A stretch of DNA of 64,000 bases from Azolla caroliniana (Eukaryota > Plantae > Polypodiophyta): NCBI GenBank assembly GCA_043228905.1, contig JBHGNT010000015.1, positions 1,984,001 through 2,048,000 of the forward strand. The letters run 5' to 3'. The notes beneath the pieces were generated by a model. The model made no database searches. It saw only the letters and a program-made list of their open reading frames with translations, and was not told where the DNA came from. Position numbers and translations under genes: made by a program. Positions 1-12,700 of this stretch are shown piece by piece (positions within the stretch are counted from its first letter, which is position 1; each line of letters begins with the position of its first letter).

Positions 1-910
1 TGTTGGTCAAGGAAGCCTTACAAACAAACAATCCAAGCAAGACAATGTAGTCACTAAAGAAACCCCTTAGGTTCTCCTAGTCACTCAAGTGTAGTGTGCT
101 TCTTTCGGGTAGTATGATATTGTAAGTATTAGGCTTGACAGAGGAACAATGATCGGACAAAATACACATGCAAATATTTATGACATCGACCTAGGAGTGG
201 CCAATAACACAATGGAAGAGGCTTTATCATGCATGCCGAATCCAAGATAGTATCCTTCACAAGAGTAAAATAGTTAATCACATAAATCTCAATAATAATA
301 AGGTCCATTTGTGAGTTGTGTAGTAAGAGTGAGGGGTTAAGTAATTAACAATGAGGCAAAGAGACAACATACAAGGTGGCTAAGATGAGCTTACTGGATG
401 AATGGTGTACTAGGTGGCTTAAGAGTGGCGATTTGACAAGAGAGGGCAGAGTTTGACCAAGGCATTTAAAGAATGAAAAAGGATAATCGGTAATCACGGC
501 GACAAAGTACGATATTGGCACATGTCTTGTTGTGGCAACGAAAGAAGCATCGAGGCAGAAGATGAAGGTTGTTGTAAAATCAACTCAATGATGGATCTTT
601 CAAGACGAATTATATATATTTGAACATTACATCAAGGAGGGGGCAAAGAATCTTGACGTAAGCCCAACTTATGAACCATGGTTTGATATTGTCATATGCA
701 AACATGAGCCTAATTGTTGGGAAATAGGTCCCTTTGGATGGGATCCGGATGAGAACTGGACGAGACGGATCAAATGAGACGAAGGAAGGAACCAGACTGG
801 ATGGAGCCAGAAGGTATCCGGATATTGGATCGGATGGATCCGTAAGGAGTTCGGATGGATCTGGTATAAACTAGCAAATAGGAACATATTAGAAAATAGG
901 AACAAATAGG

Positions 911-1584
911 ACAGGGGGAACCTCCTGCTTGCTCGAGGTCCGAAAGTACATTCATTGTACCCGTTGTATGTCACAATTAGAGAGGGTGACTTGTTTTTGG
1001 TAGACACCCCCATGTGATCATTCAGACATCTCAGAAAGGCTAGCATAACACATTTATCCAGGCTGGATATATCCCCAAGCTCTCCTTCTCCGACCATCAG
1101 TTTTGCGAGCATTGCCAATATGGCAAACAAGCCGCAACCTCACACCCTACGACTGCATCGAGAGAATCAAGTCCACTCGATTTAGTCCATTCAGACGTCT
1201 GTGTCCCTATGCCACATCAGTCACTCAGTGGTGCCTTCTATTTCGTCAGCTTCATTGACAACTCAACCAGAAAGGTGTGGGCATATCTGGCCAGAACCAA
1301 AGATTGGGTGTTCTCGATCTTCCAAGAATGGCTCGCTATGGTAAAAAATCAGTTCGGACGGAAATTGAAATGCCTTCAGACTAACAACGGGGAAGAATTT
1401 AAGTCTGAAGAATTCGTTAGATTTTGTTGATAATGCGACAAGCGATGGGAATACATGACACCTCATAGTCCGGAGCGGAATGGAATTGCCGTGTGAATGA
1501 ATAAGAAAATTCAAGAACGTATAGTATCCATGCTGCAACACTCTAGACTGTCGGATGGCTTTTGGGCAGAGGCTCTACTTATGG
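911..1584 (+). pseudogene. Degenerate Ty1/copia pol fragment (GAG-pre-integrase/integrase), left part; same family as 23498-28859
   Basis: Translates to GNLLLARGPKVHSLYP...HSDVCVPMPHQSLSGAFYFVSFIDNSTRKVW...NGEEFKSEEF, matching the 24551-27997 ORF; has stops and frameshifts; cut at 1585 by a Gypsy insertion. Confidence 0.85.
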
Positions 1585-2214
1585 TGTCGTGAAGAAAACC
1601 ATCCACAAGCGGAATCGGTGCACCGGAGCATAGGAGCCGGCTCTTCATACATGTACGCCTTATGTTGTACATAGAAGATCCTAGGTAGGTAGATTCGGTA
1701 GGTAGGAAGTTAATGGGAAACGGCTCCTTCCTTGCATATAAAAGGAGGGAGACGAGGAGGGGAGAGGGATCACGGAAAACAGAGAGGCCGAAGTGCTGTC
1801 GGGTTGTTGGTCGAAGGCTTCTCTCTCTTCCATACTCTCCATAGCTTCTTCCTGTGCAGGTTTCGGGAGGCTCGCGCTACTCTGAGGAATGCCCGAGTGC
1901 TTCCGGCAGCACCTCCAACCTACTCCTTTCCTTCTGAGCGTTTGCGAACAGGCATCGGCATCTGTTCGCCGGCCTGTTCGGTTGTAACCGACTTCGTGCT
2001 TCTTGTTGTTTGTCTCTGTTAATATATACTTACATACCTTTGTGCCTCTCTGTGTTGGTTTCCCCGCTCGCGTCTTCGTGTCGAAGGGCCGTGCCCCTGT
2101 GGATCTACGCTCGCACGTAGTGGGTCCCTTCCCTTCTCCTTTCCCTATTGCTCTTTGGTACAAGACCCCCGAGGTCCCGCCTCATTCCACGCATCCACGA
2201 GGAATACCCCGACA
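1585..2214 (+). repeat. 5' LTR of Gypsy 1585-8441
   Basis: Direct repeat of 7812-8441; TG...CA ends; TATA-like TATAAAA at 1737-1743. Confidence 0.95.
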
Positions 2215-2217
2215 TCT

Positions 2218-2235
2218 TGGTGAACCCGACGTGAA
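2218..2235 (+). promoter_or_regulatory. Primer-binding site, tRNA-Trp type
   Basis: TGGTGAACCCGACGTGAA, 3 nt after the LTR; complementary to the plant tRNA-Trp 3' end as I recall it (...TTCACGTCGGGTTCACCA). Confidence 0.8.
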
Positions 2236-2257
2236 GGAGGTGGCAGAAGAGCAGAAG

Positions 2258-4385
2258 ATGAGGGGGTCGGATCTTGCAGAGGCCATGGCTTCGGTCGTGG
2301 ATTGGATATTGAGCACACACGAGGGCACTGGCGCCCTCGACAGAGCCATTGAGGCGGTTGTCGGTATGATCGGCCGGTTCAGCGGAAAGGATGCTACGAA
2401 GTATTTGGCGTCCTACGGGGCGAAAATGCTGACGCGGGACATTCCGAAAGAGAGGCGTCTTGCCGGGTTCCCTCGAGTGGCGATTCCGAGCATCCATGCG
2501 GAGGTGCTCAAGGTACGGGCGGAGAGCCGTACCTGGGAGGAGTTCGAAGGCCGACTCCTAGAGAAATACGGGCTGGACGACGCGCTCCGGCTTTCGAAAC
2601 GGGACTTCATGGAATGGGTGGAGTCCCCCGGAAAAGGAAGAAACGCGTCGGCACTCCTCCGGGAGTTTGAGGAACGCTTTGCGCGCCTTTCGGCGCTTGA
2701 CCGAACCGTTCTGGATACGAGCCGGGTCCTACTGTTCGTCAAGTCGGTGGACGAGCGGGACCGGGATCAAGTCGGCTCCTTGCTAGAAACCGAAGACGGG
2801 CTGACGACCGACTGGACTGCGGTTAAGAGAGTCTGTGGCCGTTTCGACAAACGACGAGAATGGGCTGACAACGGGGCGACCGGAGCGGGCTCTGTCACAG
2901 CAAGGAGGCTTGAACCGGCACCACAAGGGCGAAGGGCAGAGACCTGGGAGTGGCTCGAAACCGGTTCGGCTTCGACCGGCATGGTCAATGACTCGTCCGG
3001 AGGAGCAACGCTGGAGGAGTTGACGAGGGCGATAAAGGATCTCCAGATCGCCCAGACTCGAAGGGAAGGCGGCGAACCGGCTCGTGATCGACGACCGGCA
3101 ACTGGGAACAGGTGCATGTGGTGCGATGAGGTCGGCCACATTCGGAAGGACTGCGGCGATTTCGCAGAGGCGTTGAGGAACCAGGTGGTGTACCTGTGGG
3201 AAGGCCGGGTGCATGCCGGCGATACCAGAAGGGCCCTAAACCGAAACGACGGGCGGGGAGGTATGAAGAGACTGATGGAAGAGGCAGCGGCCCGACACGT
3301 GGATGCCATCCACTACTCGGCGTCGGCCGGTATTCGGGTCGGGGGGCAGCAAGGCCCGAAAGGAGAGCAAAGACGGATTTTGGTCGGCAATGCTGGAAGG
3401 CCTCGCCGGTGCACGGCTGAGGGAAGATGAAGCGGACCGCGCTGAGAAACGGGTCCGAGAAATAACTGGGTGGAGCGACCCGGTCGAGGAGATGACGGGC
3501 TTCGTAGAAGCCGCCTGCCGGAACTACGAGGCTCTGGTGGAAGACAAACGAGTGGGGAAAGCCGGAGCGGCCGGGCCCTCACAACGATATGAGACCCGAT
3601 TTGGGCAACGACGGAACGATGCCGGTGGGTCCAGCGCGCAAGATAACCCCAGGAAGGGCGGATACCGACTGGGGACGGAAATAGAAAGGACCACGGATCT
3701 ACAGAAGGTCCTAGAAGAGCGGATCCTCGACAACAAAGTGGAGCTGTCATTGCGGGAGGTGCTAGGGATCGCTAAGAAGGAGTTCCACGACTCCATTGTG
3801 GACTTGGTGAAGCGGAAGAGGTTGTCGACGGAGACGGAACCGGAGAGACCGGTGGAGGTGCGGACGACGCACATCGACGACTCGGCGCTGGCAGATGAGT
3901 GGGCGGAGAGCCACTATTCGAGGCCACACTGGGCCCGAGCGACCACGGAGACCCCGGTAAAGATCGGAGATGTTCAAGAACCGGTGGTGGCATTGGTGGA
4001 CCACGGTTCGGAAATAAACCTGATGTCCATGGACTTCTATAAGAAGGGAAAGTGGCCGATCAACACCAAGCACGGGTGGAAGATACGGGCGGCGACGCGC
4101 GCCACCGAGGAACTGCACAGGGCCTGCCCGAACGTGCGAGTCAAGATCGGCGACGTCGAGATTGACCAGCACTTCTTCGTACAGGAGACGTCCTCGCACC
4201 CGGTCATATTAGGTGAACCATACATCACGGCGGCGCGGATGGAGACCAAGGTGCTAGACAACGGTTCGGCCTACGCGAGGGTCAAAAGCCAGGACGGGCG
4301 CCATTCGGTCCAATTTCTGACGGTGCGACCAAACCACGAGCGGAACCGCGAATCCCTTGGTGGCGAGAACCGGGAGGATTTTTAG
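2258..4385 (+). pseudogene. gag: gag-protease ORF1, broken by a 1-nt frameshift in the G run at 3341-3346
   Basis: CCHC knuckle CMWCDEVGHIRKDC; aspartic protease-like LVDHGSEINLM...VILGEPY; ORFs 2003-3430 and 3303-4385 overlap at the G run. Confidence 0.85.
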
Positions 4386-7300
4386 AGAGGGCTGCCAAGG
4401 CGTGGGGCCGAGACAGTCCGGACACTCGGGAAAGACCCCACAGCTGTACGATAGAACCGAAACCGAAGAAACCCTGTACGATAAGTAAAAGATTTTGCTT
4501 CTCCGGCAACGGAGGGTGTATGTTAGTCGGCATCGTTGGCCGAGAAAAGGCAAGGGCGGAAGTGCGACTTTGAGCGTGCGGAGTTCTCGGCCCGAACGAG
4601 GAAATCAGCAGAGACGTAGAGGCGGTCTCCTTCGACGACACCTTGGGAATGCTGAAGAAGGTAGCCAGAGAAGACCTTCACGAAGACCGGAAGATACCGG
4701 TATGTTCCGAAGAGATGTACGAAGTCATCGCGGACTTCAGTCAGGGGCTCGGGTCGGATCAGACTGCCCGAGTTAGCACGAAGTACAAGACTGTGAATTG
4801 GAAGGTAAGGCCAGTCGCGGCACCCTTACCGGAGGGCAGCAAGTCCCGAATCAGAGGGGTTGGGTTGGACCCCAGTTTACGAGATCCGGTCTGCATAGGA
4901 CACACCTTCACCAACGGGACGCTCCGGGAGCTCAAAATCGGTGGGGGCGGGTTCCTACTGCCGGCGGAGGAAGACCAGTTTCGGAGAATGCTCGGAAGGC
5001 ACGGGAAAGCCTTCGCATTCTCACCGGGAGAGATCGGGTGCGTAGACCTGACAATCGTGGAGCCGATGGTGATATTCACGGTACCGCATGTGCCATGGAA
5101 TCTCAAGCCGATTCCAGTACCGAGAGCTCACATCCTGAAGTTGATGGAGCTATTGAGGCAGAAAGTCGATATGGGCATTCTCGAACCGTCAAGTGCCCCA
5201 TACTCGAACCGATGGTTTACCGTACCAAAGAAAAACAGAACATTGCGCTTCATTCAAGACCTGCAGTCGGTCAACAGAGTGACCATTCGGAACGCAGGAA
5301 TCAAACCGACCATAGACGAGAGAGCAGAGACATTACGACGATGCGAACTCCCCTCGGCCTAGTGCGAATGTGTACCCTGCCACAAGGAGGGACCAACTCG
5401 GTGGCCCACATGGTGAATGTAATGAACAAGGTACTGAGGGATTGCATCCCGGACATCACCATGCCATTTCTAGAAGACATCCCGATCAAGGGGTGCCCGG
5501 TGGAAGAGAAGGACGCAACACTCGGACCGGACGAATGCAGGCGATTCGTGGCAACACACATCGACGACTGTGAGAAGGTGCTACAAAGGCTAGAGGATGT
5601 GAGGCTCACCTTCTCCGGGGAGAAATCGGCCTTCGGGCAATCAGAAATCCTGGTGGTCGGACACCTATGTGGACCATATGGCCGGAAGCCGTCTCTGGCA
5701 AAGGTAGAAGCCATCTCCGCGATGAAGACCGACTGTAGCTCGGTTACGGAAGTTCGGAGGTTCCTGGGGGCGTGCGCATTCTACCACATATGGATCCCGC
5801 ATTACGCCCACGTTGCGGAGCTGCTATACGGGTTGCTGAAGAAAGGGCGAAAATTCGAGTGGTGAGACGAGCACACGGAGTCGGTCCGGAAGCTGAAGGA
5901 AGCTCTTGCGGCAGCATCAGCGCTCCAGAAGGCTGTCTATGGGAAGGGTACGCCGGTATACATAACGGTGGATACGAGTCCGACCGGGATCGGATGGGTC
6001 GTCAACCAAGAAGAAGAGGACGACATTCGGTTCCTGATCCGATTCGGCGCGAAGGTCCTCAGTAAAGGCCGACAAAGACTACCTGATCGGGACAGAAGTA
6101 ATTATCGAGACGGATTGCTTGCCAATTCTCGGCATGGTGTCCGGATGCGCGTCACCGGACCTGGCGATGCTCTGGTGGATAGCGTACATCAAGTCCCTGG
6201 ACCCGGAAATACGACACATTTCCGGAAAGGACAACGCCATGGCCGACATGCTTTCGAGGGCGAGGCTTGATGACGAGGGCGGCATGGTTTCGGAGGACGA
6301 AGATGTCGGCGTGGACTTCTTCGAGGCAACGTACGTGACGACCGATGGGACGAGCACTCCAGCGCTTAACGACTTCGACGAGAGCAAGTACGACGGCGAG
6401 TGGCTGCAGATCGGTGGTTTCTTAAGGACCATGACGCCGGATGCGTCATGGACAAGGGACGAGACCAACCGGATCTGGAAGAAAGCATATCGATTCTTTC
6501 TCCGGGACGGATACTTATGGAAGCACCCGAAGAAGAGGAATGGCGTCCCGCTCCGGGTGGTGGCGATGAAGGAAGAACAGGAGGAGCTGCTGACGGCCTA
6601 CCACGACAGCCCTTGGGCTGGACACCGTGGAACGTGGGCCACGTTCGAGAAGATAAAGGGGAAGTACTGGTGGCCGGGACTGTACCGGGACGTGCATCGG
6701 TTCGTGACAACTTGCGAGAGCTGTCAGATGCACTCCGTAGTCCGACATCGGGACGAGCTTCACCCTACGTACCCTCCGACCATCCACTTCAAATGGATGG
6801 TAGACCTGGTGACGATGCTGATGGGAGTAGGACAGATGCGGTATCTGGTCCTGGCTCGGGAAGATCTGACGAACCAGGTAGAAGGCCGAGCCCTTTAGAA
6901 CAAAACGACCGCGGCCGTATGTCGGTTCCTGATTGAGGACGTGATATGCCGGTACGGGTGCGTCAGGAAGATCGTGGCTGATCGCGGGGAGTTGGACGTC
7001 GAAGAGGCCGAGGAGCTGTTCGACCGGCTAGGAGTCAAGCTCTCGCTTACCACTGCGTACAATCCGGAGGCGAATGGAAAGGTGGAGCGCGGACACGGAC
7101 CGATCGTCAAGGCGTTAGTTCGGGCATGCAGAGGTCAAGTCAGGAACTGGCCGCGGCTGCTGCCTTACGCGTTGTGGGCGGACCGAACTACGCACAGTTC
7201 GGTAACCGGATTCATGCCGGCAGAGCTCATGTTTGGGCAGAAGCCGATCATGCTGATGGAACGTACGATCTCCTCATGGGCAATCGTGGACTGGAGAGAC

Positions 7301-7738
7301 GAGATGAGGCGGGAGGAACTGTTGGCGGCGCACATACGACAGCTCGAGCGAAGGCCGGAGGACGTGGAGCAGGTTGCGGGAAAGCTTCGGGTGGCTAGGA
7401 CGAGGAACAAAGCCCGGTTCGACCGGACGCACCGGCTCCGACCAAAGAAGATCGAGGAAGGCGACTGGGTGCTAGTCTACGACAACAGCCTCGACAACCA
7501 GCACCGAGCGACACGGAAGTTCGCAAGAAGGTGGTTCGGGCCTTACGTGGTACAAAGCGCCAACGACAACGCGACGTACCATCTGGCGGAACTCGACGGC
7601 ACGAGAATGGCGATACCGGTAGCTGGGAAGCGGATCAAAGCGTTCAAAAAGCGTCACGACGACGAGCCGGATCCGGTTAACCTGGACAGCGATGACGAAC
7701 GATCCGAAACCGAGGAAGAACCGACGGGCGGGAAATGA
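4376..7738 (+). pseudogene. pol: pol (RT-RNase H-integrase), disrupted
   Basis: RT motifs WFTVPKKN..LRFIQDL and PLGLVRMCTLPQGGTNS..PFLED; integrase H..GH..C..C zinc finger, DRGE, NPEANGKVER, WFGPY; several stops and deletions. Confidence 0.9.
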
Positions 7739-7811
7739 AGGCTGGACGGGTTTTCTCCGTCCCAACTCAATTTGGCGCATGCCGGTGGATGCGCGGTTAG
7801 GTGGGGGCGGA

Positions 7812-8441
7812 TGTCGTGAAGAAAACCGTCCACAAGCGGAATCGGTGCACTGGAGCATAGGAGCCGGCTCTTCATACACGTACGCCTTATGTTGTCCATA
7901 GAAGATCCTAGGTAGGTAGATTCGGTAGGTAGGAAGTTAATGGGAAACGGCTCCTTCCTTGCATATAAAAGGAGGGAGACGAGGAGGGGAGAGGGATCGC
8001 GGAAAACAGAGAGGACGAAGTGCTGTTGGGTTGTCGGTCGAAGGCTTCTCTCTCTTCCATACTCTCCGTAGCTTCTTCCTGTGCAGGTTTCGGGAGGCTC
8101 GCGCTGCTCTGAGGAATGCCCGAGTGCTTCCGGCAGCACCTCCAACCTACTCCTTTCCTTCTGAGCGTTTGCGAACAGGCATCGGCATCTGTTCGCCGGC
8201 CTGTTCGGTTGTAACCGACTTCGTGCTTCTTGTTGTTTGTCTCTGTTAATATATACTTACATACCTTTGTGCCTCTCTGTGTTGGTTTCCCCGCTCGCGT
8301 CTTCGTGTCGAAGGGCCGTGCCCCTGTGGATCTACGCTCGCACGTAGTGGGTCCCTTCCCTTCTCCTTTCCCTATTGCTCTTTGGTACAAGACCCCCGAG
8401 GTCCCGCCTCATTCCACGCATCCTCGAGGAATACCCCGACA
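7812..8441 (+). repeat. 3' LTR of Gypsy 1585-8441
   Basis: Preceded by PPT-like AGGTGGGGGCGGA; direct repeat of 1585-2214. Confidence 0.95.
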
Positions 8442-8445
8442 ATGG

Positions 8446-8704
8446 CAGTACACATAATCAATATGTTGCCGAGTAGGCCTCTAGGATTTTGAATACCTCA
8501 AGAACTATGGACTGACAATAAGCCGAATTACAACAAGATAAGGATTTTCGGATGCGAGGCATACGCCCTCATACCGAAAGACAATCACCGAAAACTTGAA
8601 CTGAGGTCCAAGAAATACATTTTCCTTGGTTATGGTCTAGATGATGAGATTGGATACCGACTCTAGGACCCCGAACACAAACAAATCGTTCGAAGTTTGG
8701 ACGT
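8446..8704 (+). pseudogene. Continuation of the degenerate copia integrase/SH3 fragment
   Basis: AVHIINMLPSRPLG...RIFGCEAYALIPKD...IFLGYG..; resumes after the TSD and is cut again at 8705. Confidence 0.85.
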
Positions 8705-9797
8705 TGTCACGGATATCTGGGGGTTTGTGTTGAAATGGGGTGGGACCACCGGGGTCTCGGACCAAGGAGCCGGTGTGAGAAGAAGGTTTTCCTGAATGGT
8801 TTCCGGACACGTATCCGCTCCAGATCGATGCCAGGATGCTAGATGGTGAACCCTTGGGCTCAGAACCGAATACTGTTTCGGACCGGTTGCCGGATAGCAG
8901 TGAAGAGCTCACGGGCTCGCATACTCGGATACACACACACAAATGGAAACAAAACAGAGATAAGCACACGGGGATGCACAATACACGGAGAGACTCAATA
9001 AATTAACGATTAATAGAGAACACAGAGGGAGTACAACCGGCAGTAGAGCTTCGAGCCCTACATACGCACACACCCAGAGAACGACGAGCCTCTAGTCGGG
9101 AGCTCACGGGCTTCCTACGCGAGCAGAGGACTCCACCTTCTTCCTGAAATCAACACAGTACAGAAAATAGAGGGAACGATAGAGCTCAGATCTCAAACCG
9201 GCAACACTTCGTTCTCCTAAAAATGGTGGATCCCCAAAACAATTCAAAGCCTCCCTTTTTATAACACAAGGGGAGGCCATTACATCACGTTTAAGGCAAC
9301 CAATTCTGTCAGCAATTTTCCCTCGGTTTCCTCCCCACACATGCTTTATTCTTCTCTTTTCGTGGGACATATAAAGTACCCATCAAAATCCTACTACCTA
9401 GTACTTACTAGTCCTATGTTATATACACATGTTTGTACATAAAGACAAATTTGTGTGCATCCGTGCACACCCTCGTTCTCGTGCTTTCCAACTCCTTTTC
9501 TCCTAGTAGCCAATTCCCCATGACATCCACCCCCACCAAACCGCGCATACTCCGACATGTGCCAAGTAGTGAAGCGGTGGGGATTCTGGCTTGGTCTTTA
9601 CTCACCTTCCCCTGATCTGTCGTCGATCCGGTCTTCGTCTGGCCCCTCATTCTCATTGTCTCCCTCGCCTTCGTCGGCCCCTGTATCTGGTTCCACTTCG
9701 TGTCATTTCTTGAAGGCCTTTATCCGTTTCCCTACAACCGGTACCGCGATCCTTGTTCCATTGAGCTCCGCCAGGTGGTATGATGCATTGTCGTTCA

Positions 9798-12700
9798 TGT
9801 TGGGATTTCGGTCCCTTCGGATGGGATGGTCGGATGTCGGAGACGAATGCCGACAAGCCCGGTTTCGGTTTCGGATCCGGATGACGAAGACCCCGGCTTC
9901 GGTGCCGGATGACGAAGGTACCCGGAGAGCGATCCGGATGCAGGGACATATCCGTGAATATGTTCGCTATGGGCCCCTGAGGCCACAGTTGTAAATAGCC
10001 CTAAAGTCATATATGTATAAATATGACTTAGGGCAAACAGTTTTTGTGTTGCTTCTCATTTTTCTGTTTTTCCACTTTAGAGGAGTAAAGAGAGAGAGCA
10101 GCCGTGAGAGAGAGAGAGAGAGAGAGAGATAGAGCGCGAGAGAGGAAGAGGTAGACGCCTCTGTGTATTTCCGCCGCCTGTGGTGAGGACAGCGAGCTCA
10201 AGGTCGTCGCCTTGCAGCTCGCCATTGTATACTTCTTTTGTATAGCGTTGGTTTGGAGTCTCGTACTCCCGTGGTTTTTCCCATCTAGGGTTTTCCACGT
10301 TAAATCCCTGTGTGCTCGTGTTTTGTTTCTTTCTCCGTGTGGTTCCTATTTTCTGCTCCATTGATCCGCGATTACTCGGCTGTGGCCGAGAGGCGAAGGT
10401 GAATAGAAGCGTCTATTCCTTGCAAACTGGTATCAGAGCGACTGTTGCAGAAAATGGAAGGCGGCGGCAGCGGGCAGCCGATGATGATGGTGCTGAATGC
10501 ACAGAATTACGCCGACTGGAAGATCAAGATGGAGGATCTTCTGATTGTTCGGGACCTGTACGAACCGATTGACAGGTCGGAAATACCGAAAGGGGTACTT
10601 GAGTCGGAGTGGAAGCTCCTGAACCGGAAAGCCGTAGCGACGATCCGACAATATGTCGATGTAAGCGTCCTACAACATGTGGCGAACGACACCAACGCAT
10701 ATGAGATGTGGAAGAAGCTGTCGGGCCTCTACGAGAGGAAGAATGCGTTGAACCGAACCTCCCTGATGAGGAAGATAGTGAACCTCAAGTATCGAGACGG
10801 CGAGAGTATGGTGGAACACGTAAGCACGTTCATGGGATTCGTGAATCAGCTTGCGGCGATCAAGTTCCCATTGGAGGATGCAATGCAAGCCATCATCCTG
10901 ATGTGTACATTGCCGGAAAGCTGGGAGAACTTGGTGGTGACTCTCAGCACCTCCTGCACAGAAGATAACTTGTCCTTGCAAACGGTAAAGACAAGTATTT
11001 TGAATGAAGAAGCGCGTCGGAGAGATAAGGAACCGACCTCCGACCCGAAGATGTTGTTTACCGAATCGGATCGGGGAAGACAATGGAACCGGAGTCCGCA
11101 AAGACGGGAGAAGTCGGGGACTCGGTCGCAGTCAAGAGGAAGACCCACATGCTTCCACTGTGGGAAGCCGGGGCACTTCCGAAAGAATTGTCGGCATTAC
11201 CGAAAAGACAACGGAGCCGACGACACCGATTCGAAGAAGTCACCGGAGAGAAACGGTGCATACCGGGGAACCACGGACCGGAGAGGTTCGGATCGGCGAG
11301 GGCAGGACCGGAAAGGAACAACGGCACTCGCGGCAAGTGAGGAAGAAATCATGCTCATCACCGAAGAAAGTGATGTAAACATTGCCGGCGATGAGACGAC
11401 CTGGGTGGTCGATTCCGGAGCATCGTTCCACCTGACCCCGGAGAGAAGATACTTCTCATCCTACACAGCCGGTGAGCATGGCTGTGTTCGGATGGGAAAT
11501 GAAGGTACGTGCCGGATTGCCGGCATCGGAGACGTGTGGTTGACAACCCCGACCGGATGCAAAATGCTGCTGAAGGATGTCCGACACGTTCCGGAGGTTC
11601 GATTGAACCTGATTTCGGCCGGAAGGCTAGACGATGAAGGCTACACGGGTAGCATCCGGAACGGCGTAATGAAGTTCAGCAAGGGGAGCCTGATAGTGGC
11701 TCGGGCCCGGAAAGACAACACACTGTACCTGATGAATGCCCGGTTATGTCCGGAAGAGCTGAATGTGGCAGCCGACACTGCCGGTGAGCTGTGGCACAAA
11801 AGACTGTGTCACATGAGTGAGAAGGGGATGAAGAGGCTTGCAGAAGACAACCTTATCCCAGTGAAGCATGTGCACCTGGAGAAGTGCACCGATTGCCTGG
11901 CCGGTAAGCAGAACCGAACCTCCTTCCACTCAAGGCCACCGACGAGACGTAGCGCACCATTGGAGTTGGTGCACACCGACGTGTGTCAGGTAGAAACGAA
12001 GTCACATGGCGGAGCCCAGTACTTCGTAACATTCATAGATGATCACAGCCGAAGACTGTGGACGGCACCTTTGAAGACAAAGGACCAAGTATTGTCCGTC
12101 TTCAAAGAACTCCATGCGAGAGTGGAAAGGGAATCCGGCAAGAAGCTGAAAGCGATACGAGCGGATAACGGAGGGGAATACCGAGGGCAGTTCCAGGAGT
12201 ACTGTCGCTCGAAGGGAATCCGACTCGAGTTTACTGTGCCGAAGACGCTGGAACTGAACGGGCTGGCCGAGAGGATGAACCGGACCATAATGGAGAGGGT
12301 CCGGAGTATGCTGGCACATGCGAAACTACCCAAGGGATTTTGGGCTGAGGCAATGTCGACGGCGACGCATGTGATAAATAGATCACCCTTAGTACCTTTG
12401 GACGGAGACACGCCGCAGAAAGTGTGGACCGGTAAGGAAGTGTCCTACCGGCATCTGAAGGTGTTCGGGTGTCTCGCATACGTGCATGTGGCAAAGGACC
12501 GGAGAGGAAAGCTAGATCCAAAGACCCGGCCATGCATATTCCTCGGTTACGGCGACGACGAGTTCGGCTACCGAGTGTGGGACCCGGTCGACAAGAAGAT
12601 ATTCAGGAGTCGAGATATCATCTTCATGGAGGACAAGACACTCGCCGACTGGGAGTCGGAGAAGAAGATGAAGAGCTCCAAGTCGACCGGTGAGGATCAA

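Larger units (their letters stand above)
1585..8441 (+). mobile_element. Full-length decayed Ty3/gypsy LTR retrotransposon (non-chromovirus, fungal-like/Phygy-like)
   Basis: 630-bp LTRs TGTCG...CGACA at 1585-2214 and 7812-8441 (about 11 differences by eye); 4-bp TSD ATGG (1581-1584, 8442-8445); removing it restores the host frame EALLMAVHIINM; order gag-PR-RT-RH-INT. Confidence 0.95.

Noticed and set aside
1-910. Possible gene or LTR remnants (TGTTGGG at 715, GGAT-rich stretch)
   Set aside because: No recognisable protein motif, second copy or TSD; left unassigned.
1681-2163. Duplicated 160-aa antisense ORF (also 7908-8390) and similar short ORFs in LTRs
   Set aside because: Duplicated only because LTRs are repeated; no domain signature.
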